Shown here: in pieces, positions 52,015-62,439 of the stretch | Layout of the letters: each line of letters starts with the position of its first letter | Position numbering within the stretch: position 1 is the first letter of the stretch | DNA from: Candidatus Hydrogenedentota bacterium | GTDB lineage: Bacteria; Hydrogenedentota; Hydrogenedentia; Hydrogenedentales; JAEUWI01 | NCBI GenBank assembly: GCA_034669905.1 | Contig: JAXMOL010000021.1 | Coordinates: forward strand, 1-64,000 | Direction: 5' to 3' | Length of the DNA stretch: 64,000 nt | Translations under genes and position numbers: made by a program | The notes under the pieces: model-generated | Database searches by the model: none | What the model was told of the DNA's origin: nothing | The model's input: the letters and a program-made list of their open reading frames with translations, nothing else

Positions 52015-52142
52015 GTCCCGTTGCGTTCGGGCCTTCCATTGACCTTGCGGAGGCGATTCTGTTTCAATGCCTTGCTACACGACCATCCCATCGAACCGCC
52101 CAGGGCGCCCTTCGAGGTGTCCGAGGTCTACGGAGTCTTGCT

Positions 52143-53828
52143 ATGAAATGGCTGTCCTTGCTTCCGTGTGTAATTGTCTGCGCCGTGCTGCCCGCGCAAG
52201 AGCGTGTTCGGCACTTGTCCGCCGACGAATACGTCAGCCGTATGACCGCCGGGTGGATTGGCCAGATGGCCGGTGTGGGATGGGGGGCACCGACGGAGTT
52301 TCGTTTTAACGGACGGATGGTGCCGGAAGGGGAAATGCCCGACTGGGAGCCCGCCCTCATCAACCAGTTCTGGCAGGATGATCTCTATGTGGAGATGACC
52401 TTTCTCAAGACCCTCGAAGACTACGGCTGGGATGTGTCGTTAAAGCAGGCGGGCATCGATTTTGCCCGGAGTGGCTATCCCCTCTGGCACGCCAACGCGA
52501 CAGGGCGCGAGAATCTCCGCAAGGGCATCGCGCCGCCGGATTCGGGCCATCCCCAGTTTAATAACCACGCCGACGATATCGACTACCAGATTGAGGCAGA
52601 CTATTCGGGCCTCATCGCGCCCGGCCTGCCCAATGTGCCCATCACCCTCGGCGAGACCTTCGGGCGCGTCATGAACTATGGCGACGGCATCTACGGTGGC
52701 CAGTTCGTGGGTGGCATGTATGCCGCAGCCTTCTTCGAATCGGAACCCGAGAAAATTGTCCGCGCGGGCCTGGAATGTATCCCCGCCGAAAGCCACTATG
52801 CCGAATGCATCCGCGACGTGCTCTCGTGGTGGAAGGCCAACCCCGACGACTGGGAGGCCTCCTGGCGCCGCATCGAGGCGAAGTACAACGAAAACCTCGA
52901 TTACCGCAAGGCCTCCTGTGGTGGCGCGAAGAAGACCTTCAACATCGACGCGAAGATAAACGGGGCCTACATTGTCATGGGCCTCCTTTACGGCGCGGGC
53001 GACCCCGACAAGACCATCATTATTGCCACGCGATGCGGGCAGGATTCGGACTGTAACCCTTCCAGCGCGGCGGGCATCCTCTTCACGGCCCTGGGGCTGG
53101 AAAAGATCCCCGCGAAGTACACTTCGGCCCTGGACCGGGAAACGGTTTTCTCCCATACCGAATACTCTTTTGACGGACTCCTCGCCGTCTCCGAAACCCT
53201 GGCACGCGACGCCATCGTCCGGGCGGGTGGGAAGATTGTCGAAGACGGCGGTAGCGAGACCTTTGTGATTCCCCGCCAACAGGCGATGCCCTCGTCGCTG
53301 GAACAAAGCTGGAACCCGGGCCCCATCGCAAACAGTCGCTTCAGCGACGCCGAGATGGCGGAAAAAATACGTCCCGACGAACTCACCGATGGCCGTCCCG
53401 ACATGAAGGTAACCGTCGCTGAATTCGCGCCCGGCTGGCAGATTAGAGACTGTGGTTTGGAAATGGATCCCGGTATTCGCGCCACCTACCGGGGGCGCCA
53501 GCGGGTATTGCTGACCCACCCCGACGACGGCGAAACACCCGCCGTACTCTGGCGCGAGGTGGCTATCCCAACCGGGAGCGCGGCGGCCTTGCATCTCACC
53601 GTAAGCCACCACGACGGTGGCGACTGGCAGTTGATGGTGAAGATTGATGGGGAAGGGGTGCTCAACACCCCGGTAGGCAAGGACACTGTCACCGACGGCT
53701 GGCAGTCCGAGAAAATCGATCTCGCGCCCTATGCGGGGAAGACGGTGCGGGTAGAGCTCTTCAACCAGCCTACCGGTTGGTTTTGCGAAGCGGCTTATTG
53801 GGGAGAGATCACGTTGGCGGGGTTGTAG
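52143..53828 (+). CDS. Secreted ADP-ribosylglycohydrolase-fold protein with C-terminal beta-sandwich
   Basis: GWIGQMAGV.WG.P.E, QDDLYVE, IDYQIEAD, CGQDSDCN; signal peptide MKWLSLLPCVIVCAVLPA. Confidence 0.82.
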   Translation: MKWLSLLPCVIVCAVLPAQERVRHLSADEYVSRMTAGWIGQMAGVGWGAPTEFRFNGRMVPEGEMPDWEPALINQFWQDDLYVEMTFLKTLEDYGWDVSLKQAGIDFARSGYPLWHANATGRENLRKGIAPPDSGHPQFNNHADDIDYQIEADYSGLIAPGLPNVPITLGETFGRVMNYGDGIYGGQFVGGMYAAAFFESEPEKIVRAGLECIPAESHYAECIRDVLSWWKANPDDWEASWRRIEAKYNENLDYRKASCGGAKKTFNIDAKINGAYIVMGLLYGAGDPDKTIIIATRCGQDSDCNPSSAAGILFTALGLEKIPAKYTSALDRETVFSHTEYSFDGLLAVSETLARDAIVRAGGKIVEDGGSETFVIPRQQAMPSSLEQSWNPGPIANSRFSDAEMAEKIRPDELTDGRPDMKVTVAEFAPGWQIRDCGLEMDPGIRATYRGRQRVLLTHPDDGETPAVLWREVAIPTGSAAALHLTVSHHDGGDWQLMVKIDGEGVLNTPVGKDTVTDGWQSEKIDLAPYAGKTVRVELFNQPTGWFCEAAYWGEITLAGL

Positions 53829-53882
53829 GGGATTGGCTGGTCCCACTGTTGATGGGCGTCACTCCTCCTACGTTATGCCCCG

Positions 53883-54950
53883 TCAGTCGCTTGGGTTCAG
53901 CCACGGGCAGGATTCTAGAAACTGCACGTCCTCAGGCTTCAGGCGGCTCAGCGTCAGTTCACAGGCCAGGTGCTGGAGCCATTTGCCGCCTTTTCGGCGG
54001 TCCAGGAAGGCGTAGTAGTCCCCGTTGGTGATGACCACGATGGGTGCGTCCTTTTCCTGGGCGTAGGCGTAGGCCTGTCGGCGGACGTTGGTTTGCCGGT
54101 AGGAGAGGTTGGGGTCGCCCTTGACGATGGTAACGATGGACTGCGTGCCGTCCCGGTCGCTCGTGATATCGATGCCACCGGCCCGGTAGCGGATTTCGTT
54201 GGCGTTATTGAAGCCCAGGGCTTCGTAGAATTTTCCGGCCAGGAGCGTATGGTCTCGTATTTTCCGTTCGTGCGGGAGAAAGGGCTTTTGCACCGCTTCA
54301 ATGACCGAGGCGAGCCGGTCCGGGCACTCCCCGGGCTCAACCGCGCGAAGTGTTTGGGAGGTCTGTGGTGTCCGGTCGGGGGGGCTATCCTTCGCGGCCT
54401 CAGCAAGGGGCGCGACAGGGGTTGGCGATTGCACTGCGTCTAGAAAGGCGTCCAGACTTCCGAATTGGTCGTGAATGCCGCGCAGCTTGTCCTCCGCCAC
54501 ACGTTTCAGGCTGATTAGCCGGCCCTCGGGCACATAACCCATGGCGGCGAACAATTTTTCCTTGTCGATGCGGACCCGTTCGATGGCTCTAAAGAAAAGG
54601 ACAAAATGCCACAGTTCCCCGTCTGGCCAGACCTCACGGCCGAAATCACGGGAGGGTCGTTTGCAGACCAGCTGGGCGCGGTAATCGAAGGGCGCGGAAG
54701 GAGAGGAGTCGTTGCGCCGAAACAGAATGATATCGCCCTCTTCCATCTTTTCGTAGAGAGACGGTACGCTCCGTTCGTCCCGTCGGATGATGGCCCAACA
54801 AAAGACGCCCTCCGGGTTACCCAATCGCGAGCGCAGTGCTTCGTGGTATTTCGGCCCGAAATGTTCTTTGACCAGTTCCATGGGTACGGGCTTTTCGATG
54901 GAGGCCGCCAGATCTTCCATCGTTGCCGGGCATAAGTAAAGGGCTTGCAT
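53883..54950 (-). CDS. PUA/EVE-like domain fused to an HsdR_N-like PD-(D/E)xK domain
   Basis: N-half: CWAI....YEKMEEGDIILF....A.L......FG..VW.....W..V.FF. C-half: FYEALGF....EI.Y..G.ID......IVTIVK......QAYAYA.....VVITNGDYY. AGGAG RBS. Confidence 0.65.
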   Translation of the reverse strand: MQALYLCPATMEDLAASIEKPVPMELVKEHFGPKYHEALRSRLGNPEGVFCWAIIRRDERSVPSLYEKMEEGDIILFRRNDSSPSAPFDYRAQLVCKRPSRDFGREVWPDGELWHFVLFFRAIERVRIDKEKLFAAMGYVPEGRLISLKRVAEDKLRGIHDQFGSLDAFLDAVQSPTPVAPLAEAAKDSPPDRTPQTSQTLRAVEPGECPDRLASVIEAVQKPFLPHERKIRDHTLLAGKFYEALGFNNANEIRYRAGGIDITSDRDGTQSIVTIVKGDPNLSYRQTNVRRQAYAYAQEKDAPIVVITNGDYYAFLDRRKGGKWLQHLACELTLSRLKPEDVQFLESCPWLNPSD

Positions 54951-55126
54951 TGCGCTTGTCTCCTACGGTTGCGAATAGTCTCGCCAGTGCGGCCCCGCGC
55001 ATCCTGTATCAAATGGCCCATCTTGCGGGCATGCTTTATTGTTCCCCCAATGGAGGGATGGTCGTGCTGTTGCTGCGTGCCGTTCTGATGCGACGTGCCG
55101 AAGGTCCATGGGGGAGGGCCAAAGAC

Positions 55127-55160
55127 AAAAAATCCTCTTCCGCAGAGCAGAAGAGGATTT
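55127..55160 (-). terminator. Rho-independent terminator after tRNA-Pro
   Basis: AAATCCTCTTC/GAAGAGGATTT stem with T-tract on the minus strand. Confidence 0.82.
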
Positions 55161-55176
55161 GGGGGCGACACATAAA

Positions 55177-55256
<80 letters not shown>

Positions 55257-55271
55257 ACCGAAATTGGTCAG

Positions 55272-55619
55272 TTATTCTTCGGGATCAAGCAAGGCCAACA
55301 TGGACCGTACTTCGCTTTCGATGCGGTCAACGAGGTCTATCGCTTCGCGTCGTGTTCGGGGTCTGCCGTCGCCGTGGAGCTCTTGTGCGATGCGAATCTT
55401 GACGCCGTCGAGGCCCATTTTTTCATGGCGCACGAGGTGCTTGATTCGGCGAACAATCTCCACATCTTTTTCAAGATAGTAGCGTCGGTTTGCCCGATCC
55501 CGTCTGGGTTTCAACTGTGGTATTTTCTCTTCCCACTGCCGTAGCAGGTGGACGGCGACGCCCGTCATTTCACTGACTTCGCTAATGCGAAGGCGTCGCT
55601 CCGAAGGAGGCGTAATCAT
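55272..55619 (-). CDS. MerR-family HTH protein
   Basis: RISEVSEMTGV..H.LR.WE..IPQLKP.R....RRYY...D...+..IK.L.....M...GV. Confidence 0.9.
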   Translation of the reverse strand: MITPPSERRLRISEVSEMTGVAVHLLRQWEEKIPQLKPRRDRANRRYYLEKDVEIVRRIKHLVRHEKMGLDGVKIRIAQELHGDGRPRTRREAIDLVDRIESEVRSMLALLDPEE

Positions 55620-55693
55620 ATAAAAGTCCTGTGTATGAAATCAAGCATACGGACCATTATTTTATCGATTTCACCGTTTTTTTTTCTCATTGC

Positions 55694-57304
55694 TCAGTCC
55701 AGGGGCGTTCCATCTTGAGTCCATACGGTCAGGTTGGTCAGATCACGCTCTTTCTTCTTCGGGATGAATAACGCTGCGATGAACCCAACGACAAACATGA
55801 TGACGTGTCCCAGGATGCCGGAGTAGTACAGTTCCAGGGGGAAGAGCTCTTCAGGAATGAAGCCCATCCGGGTCAGGGAACAGACGAGGTTAAAGACAAT
55901 CGTGCAGCCGATGCCGACGGCAATGGCGCGGCCATCGCCGAGCTTGGTGAAGAAGCCGAGCATGAACAGACCGAGCAGTCCCGCCGCCGCGAGGGCGGAA
56001 AGGGTCGTGGAGGTATCGTTCAGGGTCTTGCCTTCAAAATACTTGAAGAGGATGGCTGAAAGAATCATTACCACACCGGCGGCGCTGGCGAAAGCGCGGG
56101 CGGCTTTCAAGTAGTGGGCGTCGTCGGCGTCTTTCTTGATGTGACGGCGATAAATGTCCACGACGCTGACCGTGGAAACCGAGTTGATGCTTGAGTCCAG
56201 GGAGGACATGGCCGCGGCCATGACAGCGGCGATAACGAGGCCCGAGACCCCGGCAGGCAACTCGTGGAATACGTAGAAGGGCAGGATGCCTTCAGCCGCC
56301 CGTTCGCCGATGAGCATTTCGGTGGTGGCCTGGGTGGGGTTGGCCTTATAGAATACGTAGAGCGCCGTGCCCAAGAACATGAAGTAGGCCCAGATCGGGA
56401 TACTTGCGCAGCAGCTGATCCACATGGCCTTCCGCGCATCTCGCGCGGAACGGGATGCGCAGTAGCGCTGCACCAGGTTCTGGTTCGACGCATACTCGAA
56501 AAGCCAGTTTACCAGGCCCACGAGCAGCATCATGGTGCCGGTCTTCCGCCAGAAGGTGACATCCCAGCTCATGGGCATAACGGTGGAGTTCCCCTCCGCA
56601 TCAAAATTGACCTCGGAAAACAGGAACTTTTTGTCCTCCAGACCTACCCGAATGATTTCTCCAAAACCACCATCCAGATGGTAGACAATGAATCCAAGGC
56701 AGATGAATCCACCAAATATAAGGACAATGGTCTGGGCCACGTCGGTCCACACCACGGCCTCAATACCGCCGAGGACGGTGTAGATAGCGACGAAGAGCCC
56801 CCCAATGACGATACAGAGATAGGGGTTGAAACCGGTCAACTCGGCTACCAGCACGGAGAGGAGGTAGAGGATCATGCCCAGCCGAATGACCTGGGTAATC
56901 AGGAAGGCGATGGCCGCGTAAAGTCGGGTTCCCGGTCCAAACCGACCTTCGAGGTATTCATAGGCTGATGTGACTCGGCCGCGTCGGAAAAAGGGCAGGA
57001 AAAAGTAGGAGGCAAACAGCACACCGATGGGCAGGGTGAAGGTAAAGAGGAGCCGGAGATAGGCGGTCTTGTAGGAGTCCGCCGGATAGGCCAGGAAGGA
57101 TACGGAGCTGATAGAGGTGCCGACCATGGAAAGTCCAATGGCCCAGGCGGGGAAGTTCCGGCCGCCTAGAAAGTAGTCCTCCGTATTCTTATTCTTCTTC
57201 TTGGCGAAATAGATACCAGCGACCGTGATGGCACCGAAATAGGCAAAGATCACGACCAGGTCGAGGATCCGATCCCCCCAAGTCATTACCTGCGCTTCAT
57301 CCAT
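55694..57304 (-). CDS. Sodium:solute symporter (SSS) family
   Basis: DYFLGGR, TSISS.SFL.YP, SAYEYLE.RFG, GGIEAVVWTD..Q, Q..VQRY, AAMSSLDS. Confidence 0.94.
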   Translation of the reverse strand: MDEAQVMTWGDRILDLVVIFAYFGAITVAGIYFAKKKNKNTEDYFLGGRNFPAWAIGLSMVGTSISSVSFLAYPADSYKTAYLRLLFTFTLPIGVLFASYFFLPFFRRGRVTSAYEYLEGRFGPGTRLYAAIAFLITQVIRLGMILYLLSVLVAELTGFNPYLCIVIGGLFVAIYTVLGGIEAVVWTDVAQTIVLIFGGFICLGFIVYHLDGGFGEIIRVGLEDKKFLFSEVNFDAEGNSTVMPMSWDVTFWRKTGTMMLLVGLVNWLFEYASNQNLVQRYCASRSARDARKAMWISCCASIPIWAYFMFLGTALYVFYKANPTQATTEMLIGERAAEGILPFYVFHELPAGVSGLVIAAVMAAAMSSLDSSINSVSTVSVVDIYRRHIKKDADDAHYLKAARAFASAAGVVMILSAILFKYFEGKTLNDTSTTLSALAAAGLLGLFMLGFFTKLGDGRAIAVGIGCTIVFNLVCSLTRMGFIPEELFPLELYYSGILGHVIMFVVGFIAALFIPKKKERDLTNLTVWTQDGTPLD

Positions 57305-57454
57305 AACTCTCTCCCAATGGTTTCCGTTTCTGGTGCCGAACAGTTTCAGCCTTGCAGTAGGGCTCTAAGAATGCCGGTTGAGCAATGACATCGGTCACTG
57401 TTCAACACGTTAGCCAACCCGGAGTATCTCAAACACGCGGATGTATCAACGGTA

Positions 57455-59035
57455 TTAGTCGACAGGCTCTCCGTCCTGCGTCCACACCGTAAGATTCTCC
57501 AGATCATCCCGTTTTCCGGGCAGGAAACAACCCACCGCGTAACCAACGAAGAACATGATCAGGTGGCCGAAAAGGCCCGTATAATAATTGTGGTTCAGCG
57601 ACATGCTGTCGGGCAAGACACCCAGTCCGATGAACGTCATATAAAGGGTGTATCCGGCTGCGAAGAGGATGGCGACGAGGATACTCCGGTCATCACCGAC
57701 ACGGGTGAAGAATCCGAGGGCGAAGAGACCGAGCAGCCCACCTGAGGTAAGAGCGGTCAATACGGTTGCCACGTCGAGCAGGGTCTTGCTTTCATAGCGG
57801 TACAACACCACCGCACCTACGATCATGATAACCGCCATGAAGATACCGACGCCCTTGGCAAAGAGCACGTAGTGCTTGTCAGACTTATCTTTGGCCACAT
57901 GCCGGCGGTAGACGTCCACCAGTGAGACGGCTGACACGGCGCTGATACTGGAGGAAAGGCTCGACATGGCCGCCGAAAGGACACCGGCGATTACCAGCCC
58001 GGTCAGCCCCATGGGTAATTGCATGGTCACAAAGAGGGGCAGGATGCCTTCCGACTTTTGCTCGCCACTCAACATCGCCTGGGCGTCTGGGTTCGGGAAC
58101 TCCTGATAAAATACATAGAACGCCGTTCCCAGAAACATGAACATCGCCCAGGTGGGGACGCTGAAACAGGTGCACACCCACATGGCGATTCGGGCCTGCT
58201 TCGTACTCTTGGAGGCGGCGTAGCGCTGAACTACGTTCTGGTTCGCACTGTATTCCATGAGCCAATTGCCCAACCCGACAATCAGCAGCAGCCAGATGAC
58301 CTTTTCATCGATGCCGCCCCAGAAGGGTACGGGGGACATGGTCGTGTCCGTGGGCTGAAGGAAGTCGTAGAGCCCGAACTTGTTGTTCGCCGAACCTACC
58401 TCAATAATCTGGCCCAGTCCGCCGGGCAACTTAAACATGATCACGACCAGACAAATCAGCGCGCCGCCCCACAACACGATGGCCTGGATGAAGTCGGTCC
58501 AGATTACGGCACGAATGCCCCCCAATACGGTGTAGAAAGAGGTAATTATCCCACCAGCCAGGATGGCGACATAGGGATCGATGCCGGTAATGGTTGCCAG
58601 GAGGACCGATACGAGGTAGAGGATCATGCTGACCCGAACGACCTGCATGATAATAAAGGCGATGGCGGCGTACATGCGCGTGATGGGGCCAAAACGGGTT
58701 TCCAGGTATTCATAGGCCGAAGTTACCCGGGCCCGCCGGAAAAAGGGCAGGAAAAACAGGGCCGCGATGAGGATGGCGATGGGCATGCTGTAGTTGGGGA
58801 TCATCCGGTACCAGGCGGTCTTGAAGGAGTCACCGGGATAGCCCAGAAAGGCGATGGAACTGATAGAGGTGGCAAACATGGAGAAGCCGATGAGCCAGCC
58901 TGGAAAGGAACGATCCCCGAGGAGGTAGCCTTCCGTGGTCTTTCCCTTGCTGGCGAATAAGGGGCCCAGGGCCGCCATGCCGCCGAAATACAGCACAAGG
59001 ACTATAATATCAAACCAAGTAAAATGTTCTGCCAT
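57455..59035 (-). CDS. Sodium:solute symporter (SSS) family, tandem paralog
   Basis: Same SSS motifs (SAYEYLETRFG, GGIRAVIWTDFIQ, QNVVQRY); ATG 59035 with GGAG RBS. Confidence 0.94.
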   Translation of the reverse strand: MAEHFTWFDIIVLVLYFGGMAALGPLFASKGKTTEGYLLGDRSFPGWLIGFSMFATSISSIAFLGYPGDSFKTAWYRMIPNYSMPIAILIAALFFLPFFRRARVTSAYEYLETRFGPITRMYAAIAFIIMQVVRVSMILYLVSVLLATITGIDPYVAILAGGIITSFYTVLGGIRAVIWTDFIQAIVLWGGALICLVVIMFKLPGGLGQIIEVGSANNKFGLYDFLQPTDTTMSPVPFWGGIDEKVIWLLLIVGLGNWLMEYSANQNVVQRYAASKSTKQARIAMWVCTCFSVPTWAMFMFLGTAFYVFYQEFPNPDAQAMLSGEQKSEGILPLFVTMQLPMGLTGLVIAGVLSAAMSSLSSSISAVSAVSLVDVYRRHVAKDKSDKHYVLFAKGVGIFMAVIMIVGAVVLYRYESKTLLDVATVLTALTSGGLLGLFALGFFTRVGDDRSILVAILFAAGYTLYMTFIGLGVLPDSMSLNHNYYTGLFGHLIMFFVGYAVGCFLPGKRDDLENLTVWTQDGEPVD

Positions 59036-59284
59036 TTCTGAACCCTCTCTCCATGAATCAATAAAATGCAGGATAGCATCGTAGCAGCAGGACATGTTTG
59101 GATCAAGTTAGCGCGGCGCTGTAGACATTTGATCGAAATTGAAGGGGCATTCGGTGGTTTGGCCCCCACCAACCCGATAAACCGCGGCCTTCGTCGGGCC
59201 AATTTTGCGGAATACGGAAGCCAGGGCGATAGAATTTAATCGCCGTCAGATGCCAGGAGGGCCATGGCCCCGGTTCATTCGCGA

Positions 59285-59686
59285 TTATTCCGGAGACGGT
59301 GAGAGGCGCGCATCAATGGGGAGCTCCATGGCGGGCGCGGTTACGGGTTTAGAGGGGAGCGGGGGCGCCGTTTGCGGGGCGGGGTGCCCGTAGTTGGCGG
59401 CAAGGATGAGCCCCACACATCCCAGGAAAAGCAATCCGGCCAAGGCCACGGGAAGGCGACACGCCCAGCGTGCCAGGGTCTTGCGCTCAAAGTGCCGTCC
59501 CAGCCACCAGATGACGAGGGCCAGGAAGCCTGCGAGGATCTGCCATCCAAAGAAGGAGGTGACCCGATTGAGCCCCCGGGTAAACCCATCGCCGGTCGCT
59601 TCCGTTAGAAAGAGGGAAGCGAAGGACCATAAATAGATGAGGAGCCAGAGCGACAGGAGAATCCAGGCGAGTTTACGAAAGTTCAT
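59285..59686 (-). CDS. Small 3-TM membrane protein with Pro-rich tail
   Basis: Three hydrophobic segments, TGDGFTRGLNRV..FFGWQ loop; GGAG RBS. Confidence 0.7.
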   Translation of the reverse strand: MNFRKLAWILLSLWLLIYLWSFASLFLTEATGDGFTRGLNRVTSFFGWQILAGFLALVIWWLGRHFERKTLARWACRLPVALAGLLFLGCVGLILAANYGHPAPQTAPPLPSKPVTAPAMELPIDARLSPSPE

Positions 59687-59716
59687 GAAGGGTTGACTCC
59701 TGGAGTAATCCTTTGC

Positions 59717-60931
59717 CTACTTTTCCCAGATGACACGGGCGAGATAGGTCGCGCCGGTGGCGGGTCCCTTGCGTGCGGCTTCGGTAAATATCCCTTCCGA
59801 CACGGTGACCCACGATTCGTTGGGGCCGACAGACGTTACGCCAAAGTTTCCGAGTCCCGCGCTGCGTTCGGGAACGAGAATTTTCTCGGTAGCACGCATG
59901 ACCTGCAAGGAGTGGGGATTGACCTGGGCGATGAAAAGGGGCGCACGGCTGCGAAAGATGTGGTCATTGTCGGCGCCCCGCCGGGTATAGCAGAGAAAGA
60001 GGCCGCCCGCAGGCGCCACCGCCCAATGCTGCTGCGTATTGTAGCTGCCCAGTTCTTCGCCATCGTCGAAGGTCCACGGTTGGATGGGTTCATAATGCAG
60101 CCCGTCTTTACTGGTGGTGACATAGGCACGCTCATCATTACGAATGGTTAGATAGTAGGTTTCGCCCAGTTTTACCAGGGAAGGCTCCACCAGCCCCCGC
60201 ACCAGGTCAAGCTCCATTTCGGTGCCATGGCGCAGGTAGCTAAGTTTCTTGCCGTCGAAGGCAAATTGAGCCACCGTGACGGAATGGGGTACCTGCTCGG
60301 AGGTGGCATAGTAAAAGGGCAGCAGCACCGTGCCGTCTTCATGGGTGATCCATTGGGCGCAGGCCGAACGGGCCACGTCGAATTTGTCGTCCGCGGGCAT
60401 TTCCACCCGCTGCAGGGGTGTCCACTGCTTAGACTTGGGGTCATACACGGTGTAGGTCGTCTGATGGGCCCGTTTCACATCCGCCAGTTGCAATCCCTCC
60501 GGCGAATACCGCACCTCGGCGCCCACGTTGAGCACGGTGCCGGTGGGGGCGTGCCAGCCGGGCGTCATGTCCGCCGGGGAGGTATTCACGCCCTTCTCGT
60601 CTTTAACCCAGGCCAATTCCTCGGGAGTCACCGTTTCCGACCAGGTCTTGCCGCCGTCATACGTGGTCTTGTAGCTGAGGCCCGAGTAGTAGTCGGAAAC
60701 GAAGAGGTGTTTCTGAAAGGTCATGATGGCCGCCAATTGGCCATCATGCCCCTGCCCGGGCAATTCCGAGGCACGTGGATGGAACCAGAGGTAGTCGCCC
60801 CCGTTGTATTCCATGATGGTGCTGAGTTCTATGGAAAAGGGAATGACAGGCACCTCGTCAGCGGCTTGGACGGAAAGCCCAGCCACGAGGAGCGCTGTGG
60901 TGCCGAGAAGACAATGAAGAATTGTACGCAT
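59717..60931 (-). CDS. Secreted BNR/sialidase-like beta-propeller
   Basis: Signal peptide at 60931; TYDGGKTWS, RGLVEPSL, IRND, SYNTQQHW, R.RAPL, GNFG. Confidence 0.8.
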   Translation of the reverse strand: MRTILHCLLGTTALLVAGLSVQAADEVPVIPFSIELSTIMEYNGGDYLWFHPRASELPGQGHDGQLAAIMTFQKHLFVSDYYSGLSYKTTYDGGKTWSETVTPEELAWVKDEKGVNTSPADMTPGWHAPTGTVLNVGAEVRYSPEGLQLADVKRAHQTTYTVYDPKSKQWTPLQRVEMPADDKFDVARSACAQWITHEDGTVLLPFYYATSEQVPHSVTVAQFAFDGKKLSYLRHGTEMELDLVRGLVEPSLVKLGETYYLTIRNDERAYVTTSKDGLHYEPIQPWTFDDGEELGSYNTQQHWAVAPAGGLFLCYTRRGADNDHIFRSRAPLFIAQVNPHSLQVMRATEKILVPERSAGLGNFGVTSVGPNESWVTVSEGIFTEAARKGPATGATYLARVIWEK

Positions 60932-61155
60932 GGAAATGCCTTTCTGGTAAATCGGATAACCTATCCTAGCACAGGGAGTCTTCGTGATGGAGGCCATAAT
61001 CGCGTATTCGACTTCGTTACAATGTTTTCCCGGTGCCCGGAGTCCTTTAGGTCCTCGCGCCCGGGGTGCTTGTGGCACTCGCGGCCCCTTACCTATAATG
61101 ACGGTTCGTATCAAAATGACGCGGACCAACCCGTTCGCAGCGGAAGGAATCATCT

Positions 61156-62403
61156 ATGAGCAATTTTAAACTGGGAATCATCGGTGCGGGATTCATCTCG
61201 CGTTTTCATGCAAAGGCCATGCAGTTGGTGCGGGGTGTTGAACTCGCGGGCGTCTACTCGCCCAATAGCGGCCCCAAACTCGCCGCGTTGGCCGCCGAAT
61301 TGGGCGTGGGGGAATGCACGGTCTACGACAGCATCGCCGAACTTTGCAACAACGTAGATGCCGTCTGTATCTTCAGCCCCAACTACACGCGGGTGGACAC
61401 GATGGGCGCCGTGGTGGATGCGGTGAAGGCCGGTGCCGCGCTGAAGGGTATCATCATCGAAAAACCCCTGGGTCGCACGGTGGCGGAGGCCCAGACCCTG
61501 GTGGACCTCGCACAAGAAGCGGGCGTTCCCACGGCCTACTTTGAGAATCAGATTCATATGAAGGGTATTCGCGCGGCCCTGGCCCAACTGAAGCCCCAGC
61601 AGGAAAGCATGGGCCCCCTCTCGTTGGCCCGTAGCTCCGAGGAGCATTGCGGGCCCCATGAGCCCTGGTTCTGGGACCCCGTCCGCCAGGGGGGCGGCGT
61701 GTTGAGTGATATGGGCTGTCACAGCATCGCCGTGGGCTGGTATGTCCTCACGCCCTACGGAAAACCCGTAGATTTCCTGAAGCCCATCTCTGTGAGCGCC
61801 GACACAAGCCTCTTGAAATGGGGCACCAGGGAAGGGCGTAAGAATCTAATGGACCGCATGGGTGTCGACTATGCCAAGGCCCCGGCAGAAGATTTCGCCA
61901 CGGGTATTGTGACCTTCGAGAACCCGGAGACCGGTCAGCAATCCAAGGCCCAGTTCACCAACTCCTGGATGTATGACAAGCAGGGCATGCGCCTCTTTAT
62001 GGATGGCATGGGACCGGGCTACGCCTTCGAGTTAAATACCCTTCAGACGCCTCTCCAGGTTTTCGTGGGGGATGAGGCGGCCGACGCGGTGGCCGACGCC
62101 GAAACGGCCCTTGAAAAATCGACGGCCACCCGAGGACTACTCACGGTAGAGCCCAACGAAGCCGACCTCTATGGCTATGTAGATGAAATTGAAGACGCGA
62201 TTCGTTGCTTCTCGGCGGGCCATGATGCGTTTCTGAATTTTGAGTACGGCCTTGAGATTACCCGTCTTTGCCAGGCGGCCTACATGGCGGCGGAACGGGG
62301 CGTGACCCTCGATCTGCGTGATGCCCAGGTACAGGCCGATTTGAAGACCTACACCTCGCTTATTGCGCAGGGGCGTGGCCGCGAAGTATTGCACGTTCAA
62401 TAG
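61156..62403 (+). CDS. Gfo/Idh/MocA oxidoreductase (cytoplasmic)
   Basis: LGIIGAGFI..FH, EKPLGR, HCGPH..WFWD....GGGVL.DMGCH, PAED.A. Confidence 0.9.
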   Translation: MSNFKLGIIGAGFISRFHAKAMQLVRGVELAGVYSPNSGPKLAALAAELGVGECTVYDSIAELCNNVDAVCIFSPNYTRVDTMGAVVDAVKAGAALKGIIIEKPLGRTVAEAQTLVDLAQEAGVPTAYFENQIHMKGIRAALAQLKPQQESMGPLSLARSSEEHCGPHEPWFWDPVRQGGGVLSDMGCHSIAVGWYVLTPYGKPVDFLKPISVSADTSLLKWGTREGRKNLMDRMGVDYAKAPAEDFATGIVTFENPETGQQSKAQFTNSWMYDKQGMRLFMDGMGPGYAFELNTLQTPLQVFVGDEAADAVADAETALEKSTATRGLLTVEPNEADLYGYVDEIEDAIRCFSAGHDAFLNFEYGLEITRLCQAAYMAAERGVTLDLRDAQVQADLKTYTSLIAQGRGREVLHVQ

Positions 62404-62439
62404 TGCCAGCACGGAAACGGAAGGAGACAAGTACCCGTT

